The translations under genes and the position numbers were made by a program. A stretch of DNA of 64,000 nt from Dehalococcoidia bacterium (GTDB lineage: Bacteria; Chloroflexota; Dehalococcoidia; Lucifugimonadales; UBA3495). Positions 34,012 through 43,268 of this stretch are shown in pieces (position 1 is the stretch's first letter; each line of letters starts with the position of its first letter). Under the pieces are notes generated by a model. The model ran no database searches and was not told the origin of the DNA. It saw nothing but the letters and a program-made list of their open reading frames with translations. The stretch is taken from contig CBDCUJ010000001.1 of NCBI GenBank assembly GCA_965222595.1, forward strand, positions 235,522-299,521, given 5' to 3'.

Positions 34012-36042
34012 ATGGTTGCCCTGACGCCAGACCGCCCCCGCCGCACACCGGCGGAGCCGCCCGCCGTTGACCCGGCGCCCGACGCCGGGCGTCCTCTCGT
34101 GCCTCGGATAGTACGGCTTTTCCGCCCCTACCGGGTCCAAGTCGCCATAGTCGTGGTATTCATCGTCGCAACCTCCACCTTGGGCGTGGTGAACCCGATG
34201 CTCATCCAGGTGGTCTTCGACGACGGGCTGGGTGTGGCGTCGGAAAGCGGCCCCAACATCAACCTTCTGTGGATTCTGGGCGGCGTGATGATCGCGATTG
34301 CCGCGGCCAACGCGGGCATGGGGATTTTCCAGACCTACATGACCAACAAGGTCGGGCAGCACGTCATGCGAGACCTGCGCGATGCGGTGTACGCCCACCT
34401 GCAGGGGATGTCGCTCCGGTTTTTCACCGGGACCCGCACCGGCGAGATCCAGTCCCGGGTATCCAACGATGTCGGCGGCATTCAGTCGGTGGTGACCACC
34501 ACCCTGAGCGACGCCATAGCCAACATCGCGATACTGGCCAGCACCCTCGGCGCCATGCTTTTCCTGTCGTGGCAGTTGACCCTGGTGGCCGTCGCCACTG
34601 TGCCTCTCTACTTCTTTATGGCCCAGTGGGTGGGCCATAAGCGGCGGGAAATTACTTCCCGGACTCAGAAGTCCATGGCCGAGATGACCGTCATCACCCA
34701 AGAAACACTGTCGGTATCGGGAATCATGCTGGCTAAGCTCTTCGGGCGGCAGCACGAGGAGATGGCCAACTTTCGCCATCACAACCAAGAGCTGTCCGAC
34801 CTGACCGTGCGCCAGCAAATGATCGGACACTCCTTCTTCGCGGTGGTGATGGCCTTCCTTTCAGTCAGTCCCGTGGCCATCTACCTGCTGGCGGGATACA
34901 TGATGTCCGGGGGCGGCCCGTCGGTGGTTACCGCAGGCACCATCATCGCCTTCACCGTCCTGCAAAACCGCCTGTATTTCCCCGTGGGGCGCCTGCTGCA
35001 GGTATCGGTGGAGCTTCAGTCCTCCCTGGCGGTGTTCGAGCGCATCTTCGGCTACCTAGACATGAAACAGGAAATCGTCGACTCGCCGAATGCCCGTTCC
35101 CTGCCCACTGACAAGGTTGCCGGGGCAATAGCCTTCGACTCGGTGCGGGTAAACTACGCCGACGGCGAGGAGCCGGAGGACCCTGACGCGGAGGGCCTGG
35201 ACGGACGCCAATGGGCGCTGGACGGCGTGAGCTTCCGCATTCCGCCGGGGCAACTGGCCGCCTTCGTCGGCCCCAGCGGCGCCGGCAAATCTACGATCGC
35301 CAACCTGGTCCCCCGCCTCTACGACGTGACCGAGGGACGGGTGAGCATCGACGGCTTGGACGTCCGGGACGTCAGGCTGGCCGATCTGTCCCAAATCGTG
35401 GGGTTCGTCACTCAGGAGAGCTACCTGTTCCACGCGACCATGGAGAAGAACCTGCTCTACGCCCGTCCCGACGCGACCAGAGCGGAAATGATCGAAGCGG
35501 CCCAGGCCGCCTTCATCCATGACCGCATCATGGAGTTGCCAGACGAGTACGACACGGTGGTGGGTGAGCGCGGGTTCCGCCTGTCCGGAGGGGAGAGGCA
35601 GCGGTTGTCCATCGCCCGGGTGATTCTGCACCAACCCCGCGTTCTCATTCTGGACGAGGCCACTTCGGCCTTGGACACCACCAGCGAACGCTACGTTCAG
35701 TCGGCCCTCCAGCCCCTGATGCGGGAACGCACCACCATGGTGATCGCCCACCGCCTATCGACAATCATCGCGGCCGACGTGATCTACGTGGTCGACCGCG
35801 GGAGAATCGTCGACTCCGGGACCCACGACGAGCTCCTCGCCCGCGGGGGTCTTTACGCCAACCTTTACGTCGAACAGTTCGGCGGCGGTCTTATCGAGGC
35901 CCGCTGCGACGACGGGGTGGTGTTCTCCAACGGCAGCATCTACCGCATCGAGGCCCGGGAACCGGCCTTGGCGGGAGCGGGAGCCGCCACCGGTGGAAGG
36001 GCGCCCCGGGATGAGGCCCCCATACCCCAGGATGAAGCCTAG
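34012..36042 (+). CDS. ABC transporter, fused permease/ATP-binding exporter (MsbA/multidrug type)
   Basis: Six-TM N-terminal half. Walker A GPSGAGKST, signature LSGGERQR, Walker B VLILDEATSALD. Confidence 0.85.
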   Translation: MVALTPDRPRRTPAEPPAVDPAPDAGRPLVPRIVRLFRPYRVQVAIVVVFIVATSTLGVVNPMLIQVVFDDGLGVASESGPNINLLWILGGVMIAIAAANAGMGIFQTYMTNKVGQHVMRDLRDAVYAHLQGMSLRFFTGTRTGEIQSRVSNDVGGIQSVVTTTLSDAIANIAILASTLGAMLFLSWQLTLVAVATVPLYFFMAQWVGHKRREITSRTQKSMAEMTVITQETLSVSGIMLAKLFGRQHEEMANFRHHNQELSDLTVRQQMIGHSFFAVVMAFLSVSPVAIYLLAGYMMSGGGPSVVTAGTIIAFTVLQNRLYFPVGRLLQVSVELQSSLAVFERIFGYLDMKQEIVDSPNARSLPTDKVAGAIAFDSVRVNYADGEEPEDPDAEGLDGRQWALDGVSFRIPPGQLAAFVGPSGAGKSTIANLVPRLYDVTEGRVSIDGLDVRDVRLADLSQIVGFVTQESYLFHATMEKNLLYARPDATRAEMIEAAQAAFIHDRIMELPDEYDTVVGERGFRLSGGERQRLSIARVILHQPRVLILDEATSALDTTSERYVQSALQPLMRERTTMVIAHRLSTIIAADVIYVVDRGRIVDSGTHDELLARGGLYANLYVEQFGGGLIEARCDDGVVFSNGSIYRIEAREPALAGAGAATGGRAPRDEAPIPQDEA

Positions 36043-36142
36043 CGGAAGAGCGTCACGCCTTTCATCGAGCCTTAACGCGGTGCCCGTCCACGAGGTTAGC
36101 GACAGCAAACGGTTGCTATAATGGCCCCGGAAGGTGGCCGCC

Positions 36143-37228
36143 ATGATAACGAACATTTCTCTGCGAAACTTCAAGTGCTTCCGCGAACTGGAAGTCAACC
36201 CCAAGCTGATTACGGTCTTCATCGGCCCCAACGGCACCGGCAAGTCCAGCGTCCTGCAGGCGCTGCTGCTGCTGAAGCAGTCGCTAGGGACAGACCAAAT
36301 TAACTATCAGGGAGAGTTTATCAACCTGAGTGCACCGGCTGATTTGGTTCCCAATTTCCTGTCGGAGCCGCTGCCGACGTATTTGGAACTCAAGGGGGGA
36401 AAGGTTACCGAGGCAACCCAGGAAGTCGACGAATTCCAATTTGCGGCAGAGTTTACATCCAATTTGCGGCTTTTTTCTCCCGGAAATCTAGAAGATCCGA
36501 CGCAAACCGGAGTGCCAGGGAAATTCGCTCCCGTTGGCCTTGTACTAAACCGATTAGCCATCGTACCAGCGGTAAGAGGCTTGGTGCGACCGAGATACGA
36601 ATTGGGCGCCAACTACTCTGAACAAGTACCATTGCATCGCGGTCTCAGCGGTCAGGAAGAACAGTTGGCAACAAATCTTGGCTATAGTCGTTCTTTGGAA
36701 GAAAAGCTCTCCACATTGCTTCAGAAGGTGACTGGCACAGGGTTGCGCGCCGATGTTGTCCCCTCCAACTCTGTAGAAGTGAAGTCGATGACCCCATCCG
36801 GCGCAGTCAATATGGTTGCAGCAGGATTTGGCTCGAACGCCCTAATCCTGCTGCTTCACCAACTGATTAGCGCGGAGAAAGGCGCAACGGTGCTGATCGA
36901 GGAGCCGGAAATCCATCTTCACCCCAAGGCGCAGGCCGATTTAGCGCAGGTATTGGCCGAGACTGCTGTGGCCGACGGGAAGCAGGTAATCATGACCACC
37001 CACAGCGAACATCTCTTGAGCCGTTTGCTGACCCTAGTAGCGGAAAAGCGGCTGTACCCGGATCAATTGGCGATCTACTCCTTCGAGAAGGACGGCGAGG
37101 GGGAATGTTCAGCCAGCGAGATTGAAGTCACCGAGCGCGGACAAGTAACCGGCGGACTCACGGGATTCTTCGACGCTAATTTGGCAGAGATGGACCGGTA
37201 CGTTAAGGCGCTGCAAACAAAATCGTGA
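36143..37228 (+). CDS. ABC/OLD-like AAA ATPase with a DUF3696-like C-terminus
   Basis: MITNISLRNFKCF, Walker A IGPNGTGKSSVLQAL, VLIEEPEIHLHPKAQADLAQVL, VIMTTHSEHLLSRLL. ATG 36143 preferred over GTG 36134. Confidence 0.75.
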   Translation: MITNISLRNFKCFRELEVNPKLITVFIGPNGTGKSSVLQALLLLKQSLGTDQINYQGEFINLSAPADLVPNFLSEPLPTYLELKGGKVTEATQEVDEFQFAAEFTSNLRLFSPGNLEDPTQTGVPGKFAPVGLVLNRLAIVPAVRGLVRPRYELGANYSEQVPLHRGLSGQEEQLATNLGYSRSLEEKLSTLLQKVTGTGLRADVVPSNSVEVKSMTPSGAVNMVAAGFGSNALILLLHQLISAEKGATVLIEEPEIHLHPKAQADLAQVLAETAVADGKQVIMTTHSEHLLSRLLTLVAEKRLYPDQLAIYSFEKDGEGECSASEIEVTERGQVTGGLTGFFDANLAEMDRYVKALQTKS

Positions 37229-37707
37229 CACCCAAGAAACAATTTATCTTGGATGAGAACGTCCTAATTTTCGCTCAAACAGGACTTAACAAACATGAAG
37301 TGCCGGATTCCACTTGTGCTGAGTTGGTAAGTAGCATTATCAGAATCTGCCATACCATAGTCATCGACTCGTCCTTATTTAACAAGTACCGACATCAGCT
37401 TAATCAGAGCAGACATCGCCCAACTATTCACGGGGCCGCCATGTTGCCCGTTCTGATGAACGCAGTGCAAATTCCGGGCAAGTTCGACCGGTTCGATAGG
37501 GCCAGTGCCCCTCCGTTCTAGGGCGAGGAAAGAATTCCTCAAGGGAGCCAAGACGATGTTCCAGTGTCAGTTCGGCTCGCAGTAGGAACAGGAGCCATAC
37601 TGGTGACGGCGGATCAAGCCCTGAGGGAAGATCTGGCGTCGTCAGGCATTCAATCCGATTACACTTTAAACGTTCTTTCCCCCGAAGACGCCCTCGCTTC
37701 CCTCTGA
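37225..37707 (+). pseudogene. PIN-like domain gene interrupted by an in-frame TAG (37519-37521)
   Basis: GTGA overlap with the ATPase stop. N-terminal FILDENVLIF. After the TAG the same frame reads GEERIPQGSQDDVPVSVRLAVGTGAILVTADQALREDL..., a PIN C-terminal pattern, ending at TGA 37705-37707. Confidence 0.45.
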
Positions 37708-37712
37708 CGCCC

Positions 37713-38681
37713 CTATCGCGGGGGGAAGTTGCGGGTGATGACCGCGCGGGCCTCTTCCAGGGGGATGTTGCCGGCTACGGCGCAGGGAGCGGTTTCGGCG
37801 AGGATGGCGTCGGTGTCGCCCAGCAGGGTGTGCTTCTTGAACTGGTCTTCATGCTCGATCCCCAAGGCCCGGCCCACCAGCGTCAGGTAGTGTTCCACCC
37901 GCACCGGGAAGTCTGCCTCCAACCCGCACATGTGCCGCTGGCAGCCGTGGTATAGCGTGGCGAACGTGTCGGCCCCGGCGTCCACCGCCTGCCGCACCGA
38001 GTCCCGCGCCATCTCGTCCCAAACCTCCGGACCGACCTCCTGCCGCACTGCTGGGGTGCAGTGCCTCCCGTAACGTTCGTCGGTGCCTAGGTCCAGCGCA
38101 GTGACGCCGGGAAGCTTCGACAGGAGAGTCAACGCGCTCCGGGCCTCGGCGGCGGACTGGGGACGGCCGGTGTGGTAATGGAGCGAGAGCGTGGTCTCCG
38201 GTTGGGGCTGGAAGTCCAAACGGTCCAGGTTCTGCATCAGAAATTCCGTGACGTGCTGGAAAGTGAACTCCTCCCGCATGTCCATGATGTCATCGTAGAA
38301 GAAGATGCACGACGGGCACCACATGACCACCTGCTCCGGGTCGAACTTGCGGAAGTTGGCCGCGGTGGTCTGAGCCACGGACCGGGCCGAAGCCTTGTCT
38401 CCCCGCTGGAAGTGCTGGATGCCGCAACAGTAGGACGCGCCGCCCACGGCGGTGAAATCGACGTCCAGTAGCTTGAACACGTCCATCACCGTGCGCACGA
38501 GATGGGTCGTCCGCAGGACGTTGCAACCCAGGTAGAGCACAATTTCGGAGGGCTTGACGTCGCCCTTGGGCGTGGTCAGCAGCCAGTCCCGTTCCTCGGG
38601 GGTTGACTGGAACCCGTGGAGAACATCGATCTCCCGGTAGTAATTCCGGTAGAAGCTGCGGTCAGAGTTCGATTGAGTCAC
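37713..38681 (-). CDS. CCG-domain (heterodisulfide reductase subunit B-like) Fe-S protein
   Basis: GTG 38681 preceded by GGGGAGGA. ASYCCGIQH and a second Cys-rich CCG-like repeat. The 5' part of track ORF 37713..39026 overlaps ggt and is not coding. Confidence 0.6.
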   Translation of the reverse strand: MTQSNSDRSFYRNYYREIDVLHGFQSTPEERDWLLTTPKGDVKPSEIVLYLGCNVLRTTHLVRTVMDVFKLLDVDFTAVGGASYCCGIQHFQRGDKASARSVAQTTAANFRKFDPEQVVMWCPSCIFFYDDIMDMREEFTFQHVTEFLMQNLDRLDFQPQPETTLSLHYHTGRPQSAAEARSALTLLSKLPGVTALDLGTDERYGRHCTPAVRQEVGPEVWDEMARDSVRQAVDAGADTFATLYHGCQRHMCGLEADFPVRVEHYLTLVGRALGIEHEDQFKKHTLLGDTDAILAETAPCAVAGNIPLEEARAVITRNFPPR

Positions 38682-38704
38682 GTTGTCCTCCCCGTCAGGG
38701 ACTG

Positions 38705-40297
38705 CTACCAGCCGACGACTGCGCCGTCTTTCCTGGGTTCGGTGCCGCCTTGGAGCACGCCGGTATCCAGGTCTCGTTGGATGACCTGCGCCCCGCCGAT
38801 GGATACCCGCTGGCGGCCCATGATGGCGCCCACCTTGTGGCCGCGGGCCTGCAGGTCGCGGGCCACTTCCGGGTCCAGTCCTTCTTCGATAATCACTTGG
38901 TCGTTGCCTACCATGAACCGGAGGGCGTTGATGGCCTGCTGGGGGTCCATGCCGTGGTCGACCATGTTGCTGATGAGCTGCAAGTGGCCTTGGGGCTGCA
39001 TGAACGCACCCATCATCCCATAGCACCAGCGAAGCTCGCCGTCCACGGTGACCATTCCGGGGATGATGGTATGGTACGGCCGCTTGCCGGGGGCGAGGGC
39101 GTTGGGGTGCTCCGGGTCCAACGAGAAGAGGGCCGCCCGGTTGTGCAGCACGATGCCGGTACCTGGAACGACCATCGCCGACCCGAAGTCGTTGAAGATG
39201 CTGTTGATGAACGAGCAGGCGTTCCCCTGCCCGTCGACCACGCTGATATAGACGGTATCGCTGCCGCCATGGACCTGGCCGTAAGGCGCGGTATCCATGG
39301 CTTTCCGTGGCTCGATCAGTTCGCGCCGGCTGGCCGCGAATTTCTTGGAAATCAGCTCTGCCGTGGGAACCTCCACCTTGCGGGGGTCGGCCACGTAGCG
39401 AAACGCGTCGGCGAATCCCAAGCGCATCGCCTCTATGAGGTGGTGATAGGCGTCGGGCGACTGGGCGCCCATGCCCTGTATGTCAAACCCCTCGGCGATA
39501 TTGAGGGCCTCCAACGCAGCGATGCCTTGGCCGTTGGGCGGACACTCCCAGCAGGTGAAGCCCCGGTAGTCGATGGAGATTGGTTCGTCCCAGTCGGAAG
39601 TGTGCCCCGCCAGGTCCTCCAGAGCCAGCCAGCCGCCGTGTTCCTCAACGAAGGAGGACATCTTTCGGGCCAGTTCGCCGTGATAGAAGGCCTCCGTGCC
39701 GCCCTCGGCGATAGCCCGCATCGTGCGGCCTAAGGTGGGAAGACGCATCAGGTGGCCTTTGACCGGCGCTTGACCGTCCACCAGGAACTCCTGCCCCGAC
39801 GGGTAACTCGATATTTTGCGCAGATTGGCGTCCCACTGGAAGGCGATGACTTCAGAGACCGGGAATCCCTCTTCCGCATAGCGGATGGCGGGCGCCAAGA
39901 GCCGGTCCAAGGGCATCGAGCCGCATTCCCGCCGGAGGGTCTCCCAGCCGTGGACCGTCCCCGGAACGGCGACGGAATATGGGCCGACATTGGGCATGGA
40001 GTGGTGGCCCGCGGCCCTCAATTCCTCCAGGTTGGCCTGCGACGAAGCGCGGCCGCTGCCGTTCAGGGCCCGCACCGATTTCTCTTGCTCATTCCACATC
40101 AAGGCGAACACGTCGCCGCCCACGCCGGTTGAGTTGGGCTCCACCACGTTCAGCGTGGCGGCGGTGCAGATAGCGGCGTCCACGGCGTTGCCGCCTTCCA
40201 TCAACACCTGCAACCCGGCCACAGAAGCCAGGGGTTGGCTGGTGGCCACCATTCCATTGGTAGCCAACACAGTCGAGCGCCGGGAGTCAAAATACAT
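38705..40297 (-). CDS. ggt: Gamma-glutamyltransferase
   Basis: 530 aa. MVATSQPLAS..., autoprocessing region HGGSDTVYISVVD, C-terminal GGTEPRKDGAVVGW. Confidence 0.85.
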   Translation of the reverse strand: MYFDSRRSTVLATNGMVATSQPLASVAGLQVLMEGGNAVDAAICTAATLNVVEPNSTGVGGDVFALMWNEQEKSVRALNGSGRASSQANLEELRAAGHHSMPNVGPYSVAVPGTVHGWETLRRECGSMPLDRLLAPAIRYAEEGFPVSEVIAFQWDANLRKISSYPSGQEFLVDGQAPVKGHLMRLPTLGRTMRAIAEGGTEAFYHGELARKMSSFVEEHGGWLALEDLAGHTSDWDEPISIDYRGFTCWECPPNGQGIAALEALNIAEGFDIQGMGAQSPDAYHHLIEAMRLGFADAFRYVADPRKVEVPTAELISKKFAASRRELIEPRKAMDTAPYGQVHGGSDTVYISVVDGQGNACSFINSIFNDFGSAMVVPGTGIVLHNRAALFSLDPEHPNALAPGKRPYHTIIPGMVTVDGELRWCYGMMGAFMQPQGHLQLISNMVDHGMDPQQAINALRFMVGNDQVIIEEGLDPEVARDLQARGHKVGAIMGRQRVSIGGAQVIQRDLDTGVLQGGTEPRKDGAVVGW

Positions 40298-40749
40298 GCG
40301 GATCGCGCTCCCAAAGGGAAAATCAAGCTGGGCAAGCCGCTCCCAATGCGGCCGAAAGACGCCGGGATTGTACCATGGCGTCCGCTGGGAAGCGGATGGC
40401 CGTCAGCCTGTTTCGTGGGCTGTCCCCTGGGCTGCGTCCGTGTCGCAGAACCGGCCGCTGTCTTGCAACTCGGGGTCGATCTCCGCCCGTGTCCGTTCCG
40501 GTAGCGGCTCGAACGGGCCGTATGCGGCGAGGTAACGGCGGGCCAGTCCCGAAACAACCCTCAGGCCGCCACCTCTTGGACGATTCCTCGATGCCTCAGC
40601 CGGACCAGTCGAGGCGGTAGAACTGCGGCGGCGGCTCCAACTTGACAACACCGGCGGCTGAGCACATCATTAGGCAAAGCTTTTCGGACAAGACTACGCT
40701 AGGCGCGTTGTCACACTTTTACAATAGAATATCCCGCACAACAAGATCC

Positions 40750-40958
40750 AACGATGGAAGTGCCCTTCCCAGGGCTTGAACGGGGAAGCTGGTCAAAGTC
40801 CAGCACTGTCCCGCAACGGTAGGTCCCGATTTATCGGGGCGAGTCCGGTCCACGGCTTCCATCGATGTTCTTACCTTCGAGGAAAGGTACTGGCATAACC
40901 CGTTAGCCGCAAGAAGCCCTGTTCCTTCCCGGAGTAAGCGTTGGAACAGGGTTTTTTA
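40750..40958 (+). promoter_or_regulatory. Cobalamin (B12) riboswitch with an intrinsic terminator expression platform
   Basis: P1 GATGGAAG (40752-40759) pairs with CTTCCATC (40856-40863). Core AACGGGGAAGCTGGTCAAAGTCCAGCACTGTCCCGCAACGGTA (B12 box) and GAGTCCGG. Followed by a terminator hairpin. Sits upstream of BtuF-like ABC importer genes. Confidence 0.75.
40917..40957 (+). terminator. Rho-independent terminator (riboswitch expression platform)
   Basis: CCCTGTTCC (40917-40925), 17-nt loop, GGAACAGGG (40943-40951), then TTTTTT. Confidence 0.7.
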
Positions 40959-40997
40959 TTTGTCCACGACCCATACCAATAAACGAGGAAACAAGGC

Positions 40998-42095
40998 GTG
41001 ATCAGGATTCGACTTATCCTCTGTGCAATGGCGTTGCTGGCCGTATCGGTGCTGGTTGCGGCGTGCTCGAACGCTGCCCCCACGGCGCCGCCAACCCCGA
41101 CGGTTGTTCCGACCGTATCGCCGACTTCAGCTCCGGCCTCGCCGACTATCGTCCCTACCGGCGGGCCTCCGGCCGAAGCAACCGCCGCCCCGACCGCCGA
41201 GCCTACTGCGCCGCCGCCGGCGTCCACCCGGCCCGCGTCCCAACCCACGGCGGTCCCGACGCGGACGCCCTCGCCTACCAACACTCCCAAGCCGACCGCC
41301 ACGCCAGCCCCGGTGGTTGTCGCGGATACCAACGGCAACCCGGTCCAATTCGACACCCCGCCGGAGCGCATGGTGGTCTACGACGGGGCGGCTGTTGAGA
41401 TGCTGTTCGCCATCGGCCAAGGGCATCGCGTCATTGGAACCCACATTTTCGTTACGTACCCGCCGGAGACAGCAGGCATCCCCAAGATTGGCGACGCTTT
41501 CAACATGGACATCGAAGCCATCGTCGCCTTGGAGCCGGACTTGGTGTACGTGTTCTACGACCGTTTCAACGAGGACCTGGAGCGGGCCGGGTTGAAAGTG
41601 CTCTACATCAAGAGTCTGTCCGATGGCTTCACCGAGGTAGCCAACCAGATACGGATGTGGGGCCTCATCACCGGCGGGACCGAGGAGGCCGGGAAGCTGG
41701 CCGGCGAGTTCGACGCGCGAGTGGCCGCCATCGAAGACAGGCTGGACGACATTGAATCAATCAAGACCGTCTACTCCCATGACCTTGAATGGTGGACGCC
41801 GGGACGCAAAACCCTGGTCAACGACGTGTTCGAGCTGCTGAAACTTCAGAACATCGCCGACTTCGAAGGCTATCAGCAAATCAGCCCCGAGGTGGTGGTG
41901 GCCGCCAACCCCGACATCATCATGGGGTCGATAGAAGACGTGACCGGGGAGCCGGCGCTGTCCGGCCTGTCCTCAGCCGCGCCTGACCGCATCTTCACGC
42001 TCAGCGTGGCCAACTCCTTCAGCGTGGCCGGGCCGCGGTTTATAGACGCCGTGGAAGAAATGGCCGCCTGGGTCTATCCCGACCGCTTCGAGTAA
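40998..42095 (+). CDS. ABC transporter periplasmic-binding lipoprotein (cobalamin/siderophore, BtuF-like)
   Basis: Lipobox LVAAC, a Pro/Thr/Ala-rich linker, then a class 8 binding-protein core (ERMVVYDGAAVEMLFAIG...PDLVYVF). Controlled by the B12 riboswitch. Confidence 0.8.
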   Translation: MIRIRLILCAMALLAVSVLVAACSNAAPTAPPTPTVVPTVSPTSAPASPTIVPTGGPPAEATAAPTAEPTAPPPASTRPASQPTAVPTRTPSPTNTPKPTATPAPVVVADTNGNPVQFDTPPERMVVYDGAAVEMLFAIGQGHRVIGTHIFVTYPPETAGIPKIGDAFNMDIEAIVALEPDLVYVFYDRFNEDLERAGLKVLYIKSLSDGFTEVANQIRMWGLITGGTEEAGKLAGEFDARVAAIEDRLDDIESIKTVYSHDLEWWTPGRKTLVNDVFELLKLQNIADFEGYQQISPEVVVAANPDIIMGSIEDVTGEPALSGLSSAAPDRIFTLSVANSFSVAGPRFIDAVEEMAAWVYPDRFE

Positions 42096-42118
42096 CCCGT
42101 AGCAGAGGACTAGCAGCA

Positions 42119-43255
42119 GTGGCCGAAAGGAGCAGCAAGCCCCCCCTTCACCCCCCCAGTGGGGGGGTTGTAAGGGGGGAGGGACCGGCGGCCTTGGATC
42201 TCGGCAGAATCGCCGGGGGGTTGGTCGGCCTTCGCTACCCGTGGTGGCGGCTGGCCTTCGGCGGGGCCGCTTTCTTAGTAGCGGCGGTATTCGCGGCCAG
42301 CCTTGGCTCCGTCGACATTCCCTTCCTCGCGACGGCCCAGATCGTGCTCTCCCGGCTGCCCGGCATTGACTCCCCGGCGAATACTCCGGCGGCGTGGGAC
42401 ACTATTGTGTGGCAACTCCGGCTGCCCCGGGTAGCCTTGGCCGGGATCGTGGGAGGCGGCCTGGCGATGGCCGGCGCCGCCTACCAGGGGCTCTTCAAGA
42501 ACCCGCTGGCCGATCCCTACCTGGTGGGGGTCGCGTCGGGGGCGGGGCTGGCGGCAGTTATCGTTCTGCTGACCGGAGTGCCTTTATTCATCGGCGGGTT
42601 CAGCTTCCTCCCCGCCGCGGCATTCGTTGGCGGCGTCTCAGCGGTGGCGGTGGCCTATTCCGTCGCCCGTAGCTCCCGGGGAACGCCCCTGACCACCCTG
42701 ATCCTGGCGGGCGTGGCCATTGCCTCACTGGCCGGAGCGGTAACCAGCCTGCTGATGATCCGCAGCGACCCAGAGCTCCGTCCGGTCATTAGCTGGCTCT
42801 TGGGCAGCTTCATCTCGTCAGAGTGGAGCGAGTGCGCCATCGTTCTGGCCTACCTGGCCCCCAGCATGGTCGTGCTCTTGGGGTTCGGCCGGGTATTGAA
42901 CGTGCTGCAGTTGCGGGAGGAACACGCCTCGATGCTCGGCGTCGAAGTCGAAAAGGTGAAGTTGCTCCTCATCGTGGCGGCCACCATGACCACAGCCGCC
43001 GCCGTATCCTTCACCGGGCTCATCGGCTTCGTCGGGCTGATCGCCCCCCACGTCGTGAGGCTGATCTGGGGGACCGACTACCGGTTCATCCTGCCCATGT
43101 CGGCCATTCTCGGGGCCACGTTCCTGGTGCTGGCCGACCTGGCGGCCCGCACTGTGGCGAGCCCCGGCGAACTGCCCGTTGGTATCGTCACCGCATTCTG
43201 CGGCGCGCCATTCTTCCTGTACCTGCTCCGGCGCCGCGGCGCCGGTATGGTCTAG
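42119..43255 (+). CDS. FecCD/BtuC-family ABC permease
   Basis: Multi-TM protein with LAGVAIASLAGAVTSLLM and GLIGFVGLIAPHVVRL patterns. Start uncertain because the N-terminus contains a translated repeat hairpin. Confidence 0.8.
   Translation: MAERSSKPPLHPPSGGVVRGEGPAALDLGRIAGGLVGLRYPWWRLAFGGAAFLVAAVFAASLGSVDIPFLATAQIVLSRLPGIDSPANTPAAWDTIVWQLRLPRVALAGIVGGGLAMAGAAYQGLFKNPLADPYLVGVASGAGLAAVIVLLTGVPLFIGGFSFLPAAAFVGGVSAVAVAYSVARSSRGTPLTTLILAGVAIASLAGAVTSLLMIRSDPELRPVISWLLGSFISSEWSECAIVLAYLAPSMVVLLGFGRVLNVLQLREEHASMLGVEVEKVKLLLIVAATMTTAAAVSFTGLIGFVGLIAPHVVRLIWGTDYRFILPMSAILGATFLVLADLAARTVASPGELPVGIVTAFCGAPFFLYLLRRRGAGMV
42140..42179. repeat. C-rich/G-rich hairpin repeat within the permease N-terminal coding region
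   Basis: CCCCCCCTTCACCCCCCC AGT GGGGGGGTTGTAAGGGGGG. Inner 7-bp stem (42151-42157 / 42161-42167). Encodes PPLHPPSGGVVRGE. Confidence 0.7.
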
Positions 43256-43268
43256 GGATAGGTGTGAA

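Noticed and set aside
37519-37521. In-frame TAG codons (here and at 33623-33625) as evidence of amber recoding or pyrrolysine.
   Set aside because: TAG is used as the ordinary stop of many well-supported genes in this window (for example acs, coxB and the transposase at 2460-2462). No pyl genes are seen. Nonsense mutation or gene decay is the simpler reading.
40298-40651. Possible N-terminal extension of ggt through an in-frame TGA (40403-40405), by analogy with the two Sec candidates.
   Set aside because: The upstream ORF is in the ggt frame, but the residues around the TGA (AHETG-x-RPSAS) show no redox motif. The segment between the TGA and the ggt ATG is not GGT-like, and ggt has a plausible start of its own at 40297.
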